From: Rhynchobatus australiae
Taxonomy: Eukaryota
Direction: 5' to 3'
Length of the DNA: 64,000 nucleotides
Assembly: GCA_034780895.1 (NCBI GenBank)
Contig: JAUZTB010000087.1
Location: 82,625,383 to 82,689,382, forward strand
In this document: positions 38,153 through 50,945 of the stretch, piece after piece
Layout of the letters: each line of letters begins with the position of its first letter
Numbering within the stretch: the first letter of the stretch is position 1
Notes under the pieces: model-generated
Seen by the model: the letters and a program-made list of their open reading frames with translations, nothing else
What the model was told of the DNA's origin: nothing
The model's database searches: none
Position numbers and translations under genes: made by a program

Positions 38153-38668
38153 GTATGTTATTAAAAGCTTTATAGATTCACTTGTCAAGATGTAAAATAA
38201 ATATGCATAAATCAATAATATAAATCTTGCATGCTTTAAATCAATGTGTTCATTTTGGCAGTTATGTTACTTAAATATAAAATATACAAATACAACATCC
38301 TCGGGCTATCTGCTTCATTTTAAAAGCTTTGTCTAATGGTCAATTTTTTTAATGAATTCTGATTTATTAAAATTTTTTTTGTTGATATGGGTATGAAGTT
38401 TTATTGATGTTTCCTGATTTTTAAAATTTGCATCCTGCCAGACCTTTACAATAGGCTATATGCCATATCCTGGGCTTTTTCAATGCTGTCAAAAAAAAAC
38501 GATTTAGATGTGGAAAAACAGAATGGATCTCATTCAATGCAAACTGGTTATGTTGCTCTATTCATATCCCAGAGATCTTGCTATGAGTTCAAGATCTACC
38601 TTACAACGGAAGAATTTAAATTTGGATCACTTACACCTGGAATAATAATCGGGTATCATCTAGATACC

Positions 38669-39260
38669 TGAGGGCATTAAAGTAAGGAGGTTATGCTCCA
38701 ACTTTATAAAAACCTTGGTCAGATCTCAGCTGGAGTACTGTGTGCAGTTCTGGTCACCTTGCTTTAGGAAGGATGTGACAGTACTGGAAAAAGTACAGAG
38801 GAGATTCACCAGGATGTTGCCTGGATAGAGCAGTTTGTTTGTGAGGAGAGACTGGAGAAACTAGGTCTGTTCTCCCTAGATTGGAGGAGGTTATGAGGAG
38901 ATATAGAGTTATATAAAAATTGAGGGGTATAGATGGGGTAAATTACAGGAAACTTTTCCCCAGATCAAAAGTTAGATAAAACTGATGGTTATAGATTTAG
39001 GGTTGGGGAGAAAGATCTGGAGGGTATATGAGGGGAACTTCCACCCCGAAAATGTTAAGTATCTGGAATGCACTGCCCAAGAGTGGTTGAAGCTGGGTCA
39101 CTGACAGCATTTAAGAAGTGTCCAGATGAGCACTTGAATTGCTTAGGCACAAAGGGCTTTGGACTAAGTGTTAGATAATGAGATTAATACAGAATGGTGC
39201 CCACTGGCCAGCATGGATGAGTTCAGCTGAATAGGATGTTTCCATGCTTTATGATTCGAC
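38669..39260 (+). mobile_element. CR1 LINE 3' fragment nested in an older element
   Basis: YKNLGQ/LEYCVQFWSPCFRKDVTVLEKVQRRFTRMLPG; 3' UTR ends 'gtttccatgctttatgattc'. Confidence 0.93.
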
Positions 39261-40880
39261 AATGACATGAAACTATTGGATTCTCATTAAATCCTCATCT
39301 GATTCATTAATGTTATTTAAGATACCAATCCACTCAATGTTAAGGCAGACCTATAACGAAGTCATTAATTGAACCACTTTCTGAAATTGCCCAGCAAACT
39401 ACTTAGTTACGTTGGATTGCTATGAAGAAAAGAATGACAGATCATTCAAAGTCAGCTGGTCTCACCTCACCTCATCACGTTAATTTACAAAGTCCTTAGC
39501 TACATTTGGGACTTGAATAAAATTGGAAGGTATCTACCATAAACATGTTTCCATATTCACAGAATGACACTTTATTTCGGTCAGTGTACCAGACTCCTGC
39601 ATTACCATCCTACCACCAGGACAGACCTGGAAATGGCAGCCCATTGTCATACGGTCAGGTGCAAAGGGTGCTCGGACCTTCTACTTTGACTGTAGACCCA
39701 CAAAATAAAATGGCATTGATCAAATGTATGCAAGGAAACAACCTGTTCATTACTGTCTCCCTCATCTCATGAATCAGTGCACATCCCTGTTGAATGCTGC
39801 TTGGAAGGGATACTGAGGATACCAAGGGCATAGAATATATTGTGGAGAGGGACTTAGTTACTGGCCTAAATGACCTGAAGGACGTTTAGCTAGGCTTGTA
39901 GGAGAAAAATAATACATATTTACTTTCATCCTTCCTTTTGAACTAGTCACAGATACTTCTCATTAGTAACTATATTGATATTAGCAACCACCTAATAAGT
40001 ATTCATATTTTGTGAAAGCAAAGTCTCTTCACACTGAGAACATATTCCACTGTATTGTGGAAACTGTCACTGTGCCGAATCAGCAAAATTCACAACAGAC
40101 TTAAGCTCAAAGCCGAGCACACAAGTGCAGTGAGCTATCAGGATCAAAATCTTTTCCACCGCTATCTGTTATGTTGCGGCTTGGCATATTCCTCAATTTG
40201 TCAGTACCATGAAGTAAGGGGACTAACCCTAACTCAACGAAGAGTGTACAGAGTCTGTGTGCCAAGGCATATCTAAAAATGAGTTCCCAAGCCAGTGAAA
40301 CTCGATGCAGGATTACATTGATAATAAACAATAGAAGCAATATACGATAGAGAATGAAGTCAATCCATGGATCAGATCGGAGGTTATCAGTCCTATCATC
40401 CAGTTGTAAATGGTGGCAAACAATTGCATTAATGATAGAGGAAATTTAATGACCATCCCCATCCTTGATGGCAGAGCCCAATAACATGAAAACAAAGAAC
40501 AAGGCTGTAGCTTTTGCAACCAAAATCAACTAAAAGCACCATTTTTATTTTCTCCTGAGACTTTGCTTCCTGGTGAAATGCTGATTGAGTGCTGAAAATG
40601 TGTTCCTAAACCAGCCGTGCTTTTGTCAAGCTATTTGAATGCACCTTCAGCACTGGCATTGATCCAACAAAGTGGAAAATTGCTCAGGTGTGTCTTTTCT
40701 GCAAAAGAAAAAGAAAGATTGAACCAGTCTGGCCAATAATGGAGGGAGTCTTCAACGGTATTACCAAGTAACATTTCTTCATTAATTGCCTGTTCACTGA
40801 TATTTTGTTTGGGTTCTGTCTGTAGCACTTGTCTCTGGATCTCATTTAAACCCTTAATCCAAACATGGATAAAAAAGCTG
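39261..40880 (+). mobile_element. Decayed old LINE (5' UTR, endonuclease and start of RT); its head lies at about 38570-38665
   Basis: 'ccaacaaagtggaaaattgctcaggtgtgt' = PTKWKIAQVC (RT domain 0/1 motif); upstream sequence resembles a decayed endonuclease region. Confidence 0.6.
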
Positions 40881-41694
40881 GATTCTGGAATAGTTTTTCT
40901 TGATGATAATTTACATTTGAAAGATTGTGTAATATTAAAGTCATTGGGAAGAAGGGTGGGGAGCATGCTGCATTACTGGTTAAAAAAAAATGTTCTGGAC
41001 TGAGCCTACACAAGGAATTCTTCAGGTTAATTAATGACTTTGGCCCAACCATCTTTGCCTGCTTCACAGATGGGCTTACTTGTAAAGTAGGGGAACTGAG
41101 GTGCTGGAATCCTGATTACTTAAGGATAGGGCAATGGGTATTTGAGAAGGTGTCATGCCGCATGGTGGCTAGAATAGAGGAACACTCAAAGTAATGAGGA
41201 AAGTTAGTTCAGCACTGACAGTTGATGTTAAGGTGGCAAGTGAGGAGTTGGCATGCATGAGGATGGATCCCCAGGACAGTCATTTAAGGGTTTTTACTTG
41301 CAAAAGTGAATAGCTAGGAGCTGGTCAAATAGAATAGATTTTTTAACTCAAATTTAGCTGTTAACAAATACAGGTGTTAGTCATTTTAATTATTTTAAGA
41401 GACTTAAAAAATAAATTTTTGAGAGGGGAACAGGTTAAGAGTGTGTGATTCTCTCTCTTTAAATTACTGTGTCAAACTTTCATGATTAATTCTGGACAAA
41501 CTTTGAAATTGTCTAGAAAACTGTCTCTTACGCTATCACTTCTAAGACTGCTTACTCCACTCTTCGTGGCAGAATCTTGCTGTGCTTTGTGAAGGTTAAA
41601 ATAGACAGAACCATCTCTCTTTTAAAAGCTGCCAAAATATTAACCACTGTAGTTTCTCTACCGTCTTCCATGCCTTTGTCTTTTGAGGCATGAG

Positions 41695-41862
41695 AGAGCA
41701 GATTCTGGAATCTGGACTAAAAAAACAAACTTGGCAGGTCAAGCAGCATCTGTGGAGGCAAAGGGATAGTCANNNNNNNNNNNNNNNNNNNNNNNNNNNT
41801 CCCTTTGCCTCCACAGATGCTGCTTGATTTACTGAGTTCCTCCAACAGTTTGGTTTTTGCTC
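41695..41862. repeat. Penelope-derived palindromic element with an N gap at its centre
   Basis: 'caagcagcatctgtggaggcaaaggga' and 'tccctttgcctccacagatgctgcttg' are exact reverse complements. Confidence 0.88.
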
Positions 41863-41869
41863 CTTATCT

Positions 41870-42660
41870 TTGGAGTTCCCCAAAATCCATCCTTGCCCTG
41901 TTCCTATTTTTTTCATCTCCCCTTGATACCATTTATAGACACGATATAACTTCTACATGTACATTAACATACTGAGATTGCCATCTTAGCACCCCTCTGA
42001 GCTACTCAGCTACCTCTGTTTGTCATATTGTTGAAGTGATATCCAGTATTTGGATAAACAGAAATTGCCTACAACTAAATATGAGAAAGACCAAAACATT
42101 AATTTCTGCCATGTACCATGCACTGTCACCATTCTTATCAGCAAATTGAAGCTGAGCCAGATCATTTGTGGCAATGCTTGCATTTCAAATGCAGCTAATT
42201 TTTTTTTTGTTTACAGATCCACTCCATCACTGAAATTTGTTGTTTGAGTTATTTTGCTTAAGCCCATGTTCTGATAATGATTAGCTGTTGCAATGTTCTT
42301 CTTTCTGGTCTTTTGATATTCTACCCCACATAAACAGGTCATCATTTGAGAACTTTGTTGCTTATTTCATAATTTGCTTTGTCTCGCCCATCCATTATAT
42401 ATGTGCTTGTTGNNNNNNNNNNNNNNNNNNNNNNNNNNNNNNNNNNNNNNNNNNNNNNNNNNNNNNNNNNNNNNNNNNNNNNNNNNNNNNNNNNNNNNNN
42501 NNNNNNNNNNNNTTTGTCTCGCCCATCCATTATATATGTGCTGGTTGTTGTGCATTGGCATCTCCCTGGCCAACACCTCAATTTTAAAGGTCTCATCCTT
42601 GTTTTCAAGTTCACCTCTAGCCTGAACTTTGCTCCCCTCACCCCTTGCATCCCACATGTC
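41870..42660 (+). mobile_element. Decayed L2-type LINE remnant
   Basis: 'ggagttccccaaaatccatccttgccctgttcctattt' (GVPQ.SIL.P.LF-like) and 'attttaaaggtctcatccttgttttcaag'. Confidence 0.55.
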
Positions 42661-42699
42661 AGATTTCTTATTGGTCCATGAATGCTACCTTGTCATGCC

Positions 42700-42823
42700 T
42701 TTTTTGCACTATTTATTTTTTTGTAATTTATACTAAGTAATTTTGTGTCTTTGCACTGTACTGCTGCCGCAAAACAACACATTTCATGTTATATAAGTCA
42801 CTGATAATAAATCTGATTCTGAT
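42700..42823 (+). mobile_element. Rex/Babar-type 3' tail
   Basis: 'gcactgtactgctgccgcaaaacaacacatttcatg...ataataaatctgattctgat'. Confidence 0.65.
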
Positions 42824-42849
42824 GTTTTTATTAAATTTTCAGAGTGCAC

Positions 42850-44110
42850 CATGGCTAGCAAGACCAGCATTCATTTCCCATTTGCACTTTTCTTTGAGAA
42901 GGTGGTGGTTTTAAGCTGTTGTTTTAAACTCTGCATTCCTGATGAACATGCTCTCATAGTGCTATTGAGTAAAGAGTTCCATGGTTTAGTCTAGAGTACT
43001 ATTGAAAAAACAGCAATATTTTTAAGTTAGGATGGTCTGCAAATTGGAGGTCCCACAAGCAGTACTATTCCCATGTTTCTGCTGCCTTTGTACTTGGTGG
43101 TAATGATTGTAGGTTTGAGAGGTTCTGTCTGAGTAACCTTTGTGAGCTTTTTTTGAATTCATTTTTGGGATCTGGGTGTTACTGGCAAGGCCAATGTTTG
43201 TTAGCCAGTTCTAGTTGCTCCTCCGAAGGGAGTAGCATCAACTTGAACCATTATAGTCCTAGTGAAGGTACTCTGACCAATATTGTTAGGGAGGGAGCAC
43301 CAGGATTTAGACTCTGTGACCATGAAGGACTGGTAATGTATTTCCATGTCAGCTTTGTGAGTGACTTGGTGGGGAACCTGTCAATGGTGGTATTCCCAGG
43401 CACCTGCTGCTCTTGTCCTTTTTGATGGTACAGATTGTGGGTTCGCTAGGTACTGCCATTGTAGCTTTGGCAAGTAATGCAATGCATTTTGTCGACCATT
43501 CAGACAATGCGCGCTGGTGGTGGAGGGAATGAATGCTTCAGGTGGTGATGATGGGATGGCAAGCAAGCATTGTCCTGGATACCATCAAGCTTCTTGAGAG
43601 TTACTTGTGCTGTATTCATTCAGGTAAGAGCATTCCATTGTGCTCTTATGCTTTGCAGTTGGTGGAAAGGCCTTGGAGAGAGTCATACATTGTAACCTTT
43701 TCCATGGAGCAGGCTCGATGGGCCGAATGGCCGCCTTCTGCTCCCTTATCTTGTGAACCTTTGTCTTCCTCTTCTAGCCGTGTTATTTACGTGGCTGGTC
43801 CACTTGAGCTTCTGGTCAGTGATTATCCCCAAGATATTGATGGTGTGAGACTCTTCAATGCTAATGCCATTGAATGTCAAAAGCTTATAATTGTGCTATC
43901 CAGTCAGAGATGGCATTTGCCTGCAGTGGCATGAATGTTACTTGCCACATACCAGCCTATGCCTGTATGTTGTAAAGGTCTTGATGGGTGCATATATGGA
44001 CTGATTCATTTGCTGACCATTTGCTAATGGAATTGAAAATTCTGCAATCATCTGTTAACATCCCACTGATGAACTTGTGCAAGGGAAAGCATTATGAAGT
44101 AGCTGAAGAT
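42850..44110 (-). mobile_element. Two tandem 3' fragments of an old LINE (42850-43150 and 43160-44110), with a short + strand CR1 tail at about 43700-43762
   Basis: The two copies are colinear ('gctagcaagaccagcatt' / 'actggcaaggccaatgttt'; 'gagttccatggtttag' / 'gagcaccaggatttag'). Confidence 0.7.
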
Positions 44111-46396
44111 ATTCTACCTGTACTGGATCAAATTTTGTTTGAGGTGCAGCTAGTTTTAGAGGCTTTAACTGGGATATCATCTGGTTCCATGGACTTTTTT
44201 GCCTCCCAGTTTTGTTAGCTGTTTTTTGATACTGGTGCAGTCCTTTCCCATCCTAGATGCTTTCTCTGTCTCTTCACTCCTGTGATATTATCTGGCCATT
44301 AGCAACCAAGTTAAGGAGTATCTTTCTTAAAATTCTTCATACCATTGCCTTTCCCCCTGTAAGAAATACACTTATGCTTGGATGTCTTTGCCCAGACCTT
44401 TGGTTATTTTCTGATAACTCTGAAGCTAGATGTGAGAGTTTTGTTTTGATAATGTTCTTTAGAGATGTTGTGTAAATGAAAGTTCCTTTTCTCAAGGAGT
44501 GATGTAAATATAAGTTGTTGTTGAGTATTGGCAATGTCATCAGTTTGAATATATAATTTTACCTCTTATTTATCAGCTTCAAAATTAGTTTGTAACTTTA
44601 AAGGATTCTGCAATCATTGAATTAGATGCTTTGAGAATGATCGCTGAAGTGTATCGTTTCTGACATTGTTACATGCACCCTTTCTCCTTGGTTTAGTAGA
44701 ATTGATGAAATTTATAGAGTAGGTGACTTAAAACCAAGTAAATCTGCATGTACGTAACTTAATGTGTTGTTTTGTGCTGCTTGCATGCTACTTTGGTTAT
44801 GAGCTGGATTTTCTAATGCATCACTGGTAATTGTGTTCATGACTGCTGGTACACATCTGATTTTCTTATCAGGAAAGAGACAAACTAGCGCTGGTGTCCA
44901 TTTTTTTTAATCTGACAGTGGCTTTGTGTGGATCTAGCAGAACTTCTGCTGAGCTTGCAACAGACCTTGGTGTTCTATTGGAATTGCTGGGTGCAGAATC
45001 AGAAACTGGGAGAATGCCCATTCATAAGAAGATAAGAAATAGAGCAGAAGTAGGCCATTTGGTTCTTCAGAAATATCATCATTCATCCAACAACAGTGGC
45101 ACAGTTGTAATGTTATAGAAATCATTCATATTAGCAACTAAATGCAACCAGTTTTCACAAGTTTTATTCACTGCTGTCATTGGAAGTCAATGATCTGTAT
45201 CACATATGCATTTGTTTTGACAAAAATTCTGATAGCAGCATTAGTTATATTAATGAAGCACCAGGCTATTCTGTTCTTTTAATCCAAAGGGATACTACAG
45301 TCACCATGAAATGATTTCAAAATTACAGGCTTTTATCAGAACATTGCTTTCTTATAAGTGGCATATTATTTGCATGGAAAAGTCATTTTGGCACAAAAGC
45401 TATTTAAACGTAAATACATGAAACTGTCAGATGGATATAAAATGTCAATTGGAACATGTGCTCAGATTTTGCCAATGGATTCTAGCCATTAGTAAATGTT
45501 TCAAGTTCCTGCAAAGTATATCATTTTAAGTTCCAGTGATATTCTAGTTCAGCTGCAGTATTTTTTAAGATAAATTTATATCAGTTACTAGATATCACTG
45601 CTACCTTTTGCTGTTGAAACTGTCTTTAGCTGCAATGTATATGTGATCATATTTCAACTCTGTCTGAAAGACTGTGTTAATCTAGTAGAAAGCAACAGAT
45701 TATCTAGGGATTGCTGTTCTGGGTTTGCTGTGTCTAACACATTTAATTTGAATTTTTTGGGGAGTAGTAAGGATCTGAAGTGTTCTGTGAATTTTAGCAA
45801 GGCCTTTTCAGGGTCCTTAGTTGCAGAATGATGTGGAAAGTAAAACTTCATAAAATCCAGTGAAAAGCAGCAAGTTGTTTTGAAAGTGGGTCAGTGCCTT
45901 AAGGCACAAAATAAGGGTTGGGTATTTTATGTTCTGTCTCAGTTCCAATTTATACCCCATATCCATTGATTCTTTAGTATCCAGAAACCTTTTGAGTTTA
46001 ATCTTGATTGCATTTGACAACTAAGCATCCAGCAAACTCTGTGCTAGAGAATTCCAAAGATAACTACCCTTTGGATAAATGCAGTTCTCATTTTATCCTA
46101 AAAAGCTGACTTCTGATCCCTGATTTTAGAATCCCGATTCAAGGTAACATTCAATTATTACCCCATTAAAGGTAATGGATAACTTATAAGAAAAAAAAAT
46201 TCCTTTATTCAAAAGTATGTATATGGTTCTCTTTTGCTGTTGCCACGATTGAATGATTGTTGGTGTCACTGGTAGGATAGTTGAATTCCTAGTTTTCCAT
46301 TTACTACTATAGTTGATTCATTTCCAAAGTCAATCAAATTAGGTTGTGTGTGAAATCTGAATTTGAACCTTAAACTTAATGACAAAAAACTGTTCT

Positions 46397-46946
46397 CATA
46401 GACTCATAGAAATGTACAGCACAGAAATGGGCCCTTTTGGCCCACCTCACCCATGCTGACTGTGAAGCCTATCTGTGCTAATCCCATTTACCCGCATATG
46501 CCTTTTCTGTCCAAACACCTTTTAAACATTGTCATTGTATCTGCCTCCACCTCCTTTCATATACCTCTGTGAAGAGTTTATCTCTGTTTCTTAAATTTAA
46601 ATTTCTCCCCCCTCACCTTGGACCTATGCCCTTTTGTTCTGGACTCCTTTGCCTTTTGAAGAAGTTTCTATCTACCATATCTCTGCCCCTCATAATTCTA
46701 TAAACCTCTGAGGTCGCCCCTCAGCCTCCAATGTTCCACTGAGAATAAATGCAGCCAATTCAAGCTCTTTATAACTACAGCTGTCCATTCCAGGCAACGT
46801 CCTGGTAAACCTCTTCTGCTCTCTCTGTTGCGACCACATTCTTCCTGTAATGTGGCAACCAGAACTGTATAAGATACTCTAAGTGCAGTCTGAACAATGT
46901 TTTGCACAACTATAACATGATGTCACAACTTTTATACCTAATGCCT
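46397..46946 (-). mobile_element. CR1 LINE 3' fragment
   Basis: Begins with the reverse-complement tail 'catagactcatagaaatgtacagcacagaaatgggcccttt'; minus ORF ends FSVEHWRLRGDL. Confidence 0.92.
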
Positions 46947-47104
46947 CATTACTGCTATTATTATTGGACCACCTCTAGATTTTAACTTTCTTATTCTGTT
47001 TAGTGCATCTCTAAAAACGGAAAGAGGGTTGTGTTGGTGCTATGCTGAAGAAAACCAACTTCTGTTTGAAGTTGTGATACCACTGATACATCTCAGAAGC
47101 AACC

Positions 47105-47680
47105 CAAATAAAAACAATACTGAAAATGGTTAGCAGATCAGGCAGTACTTATGGAGAGAAACATTGTTAACAATTCCGGTTGATGATCTTCCATCTAAAC
47201 GAGGAAAACTTAGAAATAAAACATGTTTTTAAGTTGCAGAAACGGGAAGGGATAATAAAGGAAGTGTTTGAAATACCATGGTGACCAAGAGAGACTGTCG
47301 CATTTCTGGCAGTGTTGATTGAGAAAGGGTGGTGAAGTATTATTAATCCCATTACTCTGGAGCAGATGTCAATGGGAGGAGATGAATAAAAACAGGAGGG
47401 GAGAGAAAAAGAAAACAAAACACAAATACTGTTGAATACATGTTCTGGACTGGTGCCTGACCAAGTCTCAACATTAAGTTGCAGATCGAACCTACATTTC
47501 ATTAATGCTATCAATAGTGAAAATTTCTGAACCTTTTCCATGTTTCTATGGCACACTGATGGGCAATTGGAGATTTGTATTGATATTCTTGTCCTTTATA
47601 TGATGAATTTCTTAAGGTAATGTCCATATCACAGGAGGCTGCATGCTTTCCATCCTCTAATGCAGGCAGCCCATCTTCTT
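47105..47680 (-). mobile_element. Decayed Penelope-like element 3' end (GIY-YIG remnant plus terminal repeat)
   Basis: Terminal arm at 47105-47200; on the minus strand CSLL*YG (about 47622-47643), SPIAH and LMLRLG (47460-47477) follow the order of the PLE motifs C.LLYIGET, LPVA.HF and LIFRLG. Confidence 0.55.
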
Positions 47681-48749
47681 TTTCTTCTCTCATTTGTTTA
47701 TTTGGCACTCCTTCCAACCGTTCTTGAACTCCACTGTATTTTAGGCCTATCTTTTCAGTTTTGTCTTGCTCGCACCTTGTCCTAGCATCTCTTCCATATA
47801 CTCTTTCAAGTTGCCACTCTTCTATTTTTATTTGACCTCTCAGTTTTTGGTCTTGTGTAAATACTTTCTAACAGAGAGAATAGCATCTGATTTGTGTATG
47901 GCACTAATTTTCCATCCACAATTGTGAACTCTGATCTCCAAATGCTTGGGGTCTGGTTTTCTTGACATATATTAAAATGTTCTTTTCTATCTTTCCATGT
48001 TATGTTAATATTGCCCTCTGAATCCACCTGTAGTCACCTGCAGCTTTAATCACATCATCCATCAACATGCTGCTCTGAACGTGACCATAAACCACACAGC
48101 AAAATTGTATTTATCTTATCACCAATCCATCAATTCTGTATTTTAAACCACCTTACCAATTTAGATCTGCCCTCAAGCGTGACCTCGACTTATACAAATC
48201 CATTTAACATAAAACTTGTTGCCTGGATATCAGGTGATGCTGCTTTCTTCCTTCCTTCTGTGCATTATTGAAAACATCAAGATGTCCTATGCTTAAAGTG
48301 CCACAATACCTACTCAGTTTCAATCTCAATTTCCTACTTTATCATTGCATTCTATTTGCTTGGTTGCTTACTCTATTATTTGCTGTTGCTTCCATATTTC
48401 CAAGGGCTTGGTTGCTTCACAACCTGATAAAGCTTTGTTGTTGGGTCCAACCCTCATTGCCATTTCGTCTTTGGTTATTTCAACCCATGGAAAAGTCTTC
48501 TGTCCCCTGTATTCTGATTCTTTTTTTTCATCAAACTCTTTTCCAAGTTCAGTCATGTCTTCTCACATGTGCATCTGGCCCTTGCTCTTGCCAACTTCAA
48601 GGTCCTAAAATTACTGCCACACAACTTAACAGTCCCCTTGCCAACTACTCTACTTTCAAATTCCTTCAGTTTTATTTGTGACCTCCTTATAATGTCAAGG
48701 ATACCACAGTTAAGATCATCAGTAATATCCAGCATTAGTATATGTTGTG

Positions 48750-48896
48750 CATTTAGACGGACACATGAACAGGTAGGGAGTGGAGGGATAGAGACCATGT
48801 GCAGGCAGATATTTGATTTAAATTGACATCATCGTCAGAATGGACATCGTGGGCCAAGGGGGCTATTCCTGTGCTGTAATGTCCTATGTTCTATGC
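48750..48896 (+). mobile_element. CR1 3' UTR fragment
   Basis: 'gcatttagacggacacatgaacagg...ctgtgctgtaatgtcctatgttctatg', homologous to 18847-18994. Confidence 0.85.
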
Positions 48897-50479
48897 TCAT
48901 CATGCACAGTCTCTGAGATTTTGTATTTGCTCCACCCTCAATTTACTTTTTGTACCTCCATGATATTTGGTGGTTCCATTCCTGTTTGTCCCAATTTATT
49001 CATGGCATTTCCTGCTTTGATTTCTACTATTTTCCAAGAATCTATGTTATTAAATGTCTTTATTCCTCGTATTCCACGTTGCCCTTGGAGAAATAATTTG
49101 TGATCAACCACCAATAGCATCCTACTTTAATACTGTGTCATCAGTCATAGTTTCATGNNNNNNNNNNNNNNNNNNNNNNNNNNNNNNNNNNNNNNNNNNN
49201 NNNNNNNNNNNNNNNNNNNNNNNNNNNNNNNNNNNNNNNNNNNNNNNNNNNNNNNNNAGAGTTTCATGAGCATTATTATTCCACAAAGCTGCCTGCCCAC
49301 ATCAAGTCACGGCTGACCCAGCATCATCTCGAATTCAACTAAAACATAATTGAAATAATTGTGCTGCATTCTTATAAAAATACTTGGTGCTGATTCCATT
49401 GTCCTTCCTAGCTACCTTTTCAGGTTAAACGAGATTTATACATTGTTACTGTTCTATTTGATTTAGGATTTGGTTTCAAACTCTGAACCTAATCTGTTAC
49501 CAAGGCTATCAACTCCACCTCATTTGCTTTGTTGTGTCCCTGTCTCGTGTTCATTTCTCCTTAAGCTCACGTACATGTACAGCTTTGCTGCCTCTCAGAG
49601 TTTCATTTCTCAAATGTTGTTTGCACAAACTTCATAAGAAGTACTTGTTCCATGTATTTTAAAATGAACTCTCTTCCCCACTCCAATTGTCTCTGACCTC
49701 CAAAACATTGTCTTTTAATTTTCTTATCCTGGATACCAAGTCCAGTTGCATGCTCCAGTCTCTTCTCCAACTCTAAGTGTGAATATGAACTTTGAGTCTC
49801 TAATATGTTCTGTTTTGCTTTTTGTGACCTATTTTTAAACTGTACTTTACTGACTCTCCTTTCCTCCATTTCAACTCCTCTCAGAAACACAATTTTGATC
49901 ATCTCTCACTATTACTGGCTAAATTTAATGCCTTTCTGTAAAAGGTTTTGCAGTGTTTTATTGCTCAAATTAATTTTAAAAAGTTTGTCTTTTGAAATTG
50001 TGAATGATCTTCATAATGCTTGTGAGACCAAGTTATTCAGGACAAAAACTATTATTTTAAGTAAAGCATTTACACTGTTAGCCAGATATTTTTGTGAGTG
50101 TAACTGCATTGCTGATTGTAAATCTAATCAGCAATTTCCCTTTTCACCTGCCCACAACAAGTACTGGTATACTAAAGAACAAATATTCTTCAAGTATCTG
50201 AATATAGGAATTTGAAAACTGTTTTTGCAATAATAGTTTGTGAACAAGAGATTTTTGTTATACAGTAACAATCATTCCATGCTCAAGCCAGTCGTCAGTG
50301 TGTTCAGTGCCAGAGAGCAAAGGAACAAAGCTGGATAAACAGGAATTGCATTTGAAGCCCAAAGCTTCAGAATTCAGATCTGACAAAAGCACTGCGGCAG
50401 CATCAAATTAGCAGCAATCTGAAGCATTGAAGCTTTGCTACAGTTTGAAAGAGTTATTGAATATGTAAACATAAAGCAA

Positions 50480-50945
50480 AAAAAAACCCTGCAAATATTG
50501 GAACTCTGAGGGGGTGGGGAGGGGAAGAGAAAATGCTGGAAATATTCAGAAGATTGATAAACATCTGTGGAGGGAAAAACACAGATGATGTTTCTGGCCA
50601 ATGACTACACTCAGAATCAACCCCACATTGTTGTCGTCATGGGCATTCAGGACCAGTCCAGACCAATTCTGGTTTTCCTTCTACAGGTGCTCTCTGACCA
50701 TCTGAGTATTTACATTATTTTCTGGTTTTATTTTTGAGAACTGAACTGTACCTTACACAGCTGACGACAACTTCAGATGCATAGAACTGAGTCCAACAGA
50801 TATAAAATGGAAAGTTGCTTATCAGTACCAATCAATTCTGGTTGAAAGGTCATCACTCTGTAATAACTTTTCCCTCTTTCCATACATGCTGTCTGATTGA
50901 ACTGTTCCTCACATTTTCTTTCATTGTTTCACATTTCTAGAATCA
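50480..50945. repeat. Decayed arms of Penelope-derived palindromic elements
   Basis: 'gaaaatgctggaaatattcag...catctgtggaggg', 'tctgagtattttacattattttctgg' and 'gaaaggtcatcac...catgctgtctga'. Confidence 0.65.
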
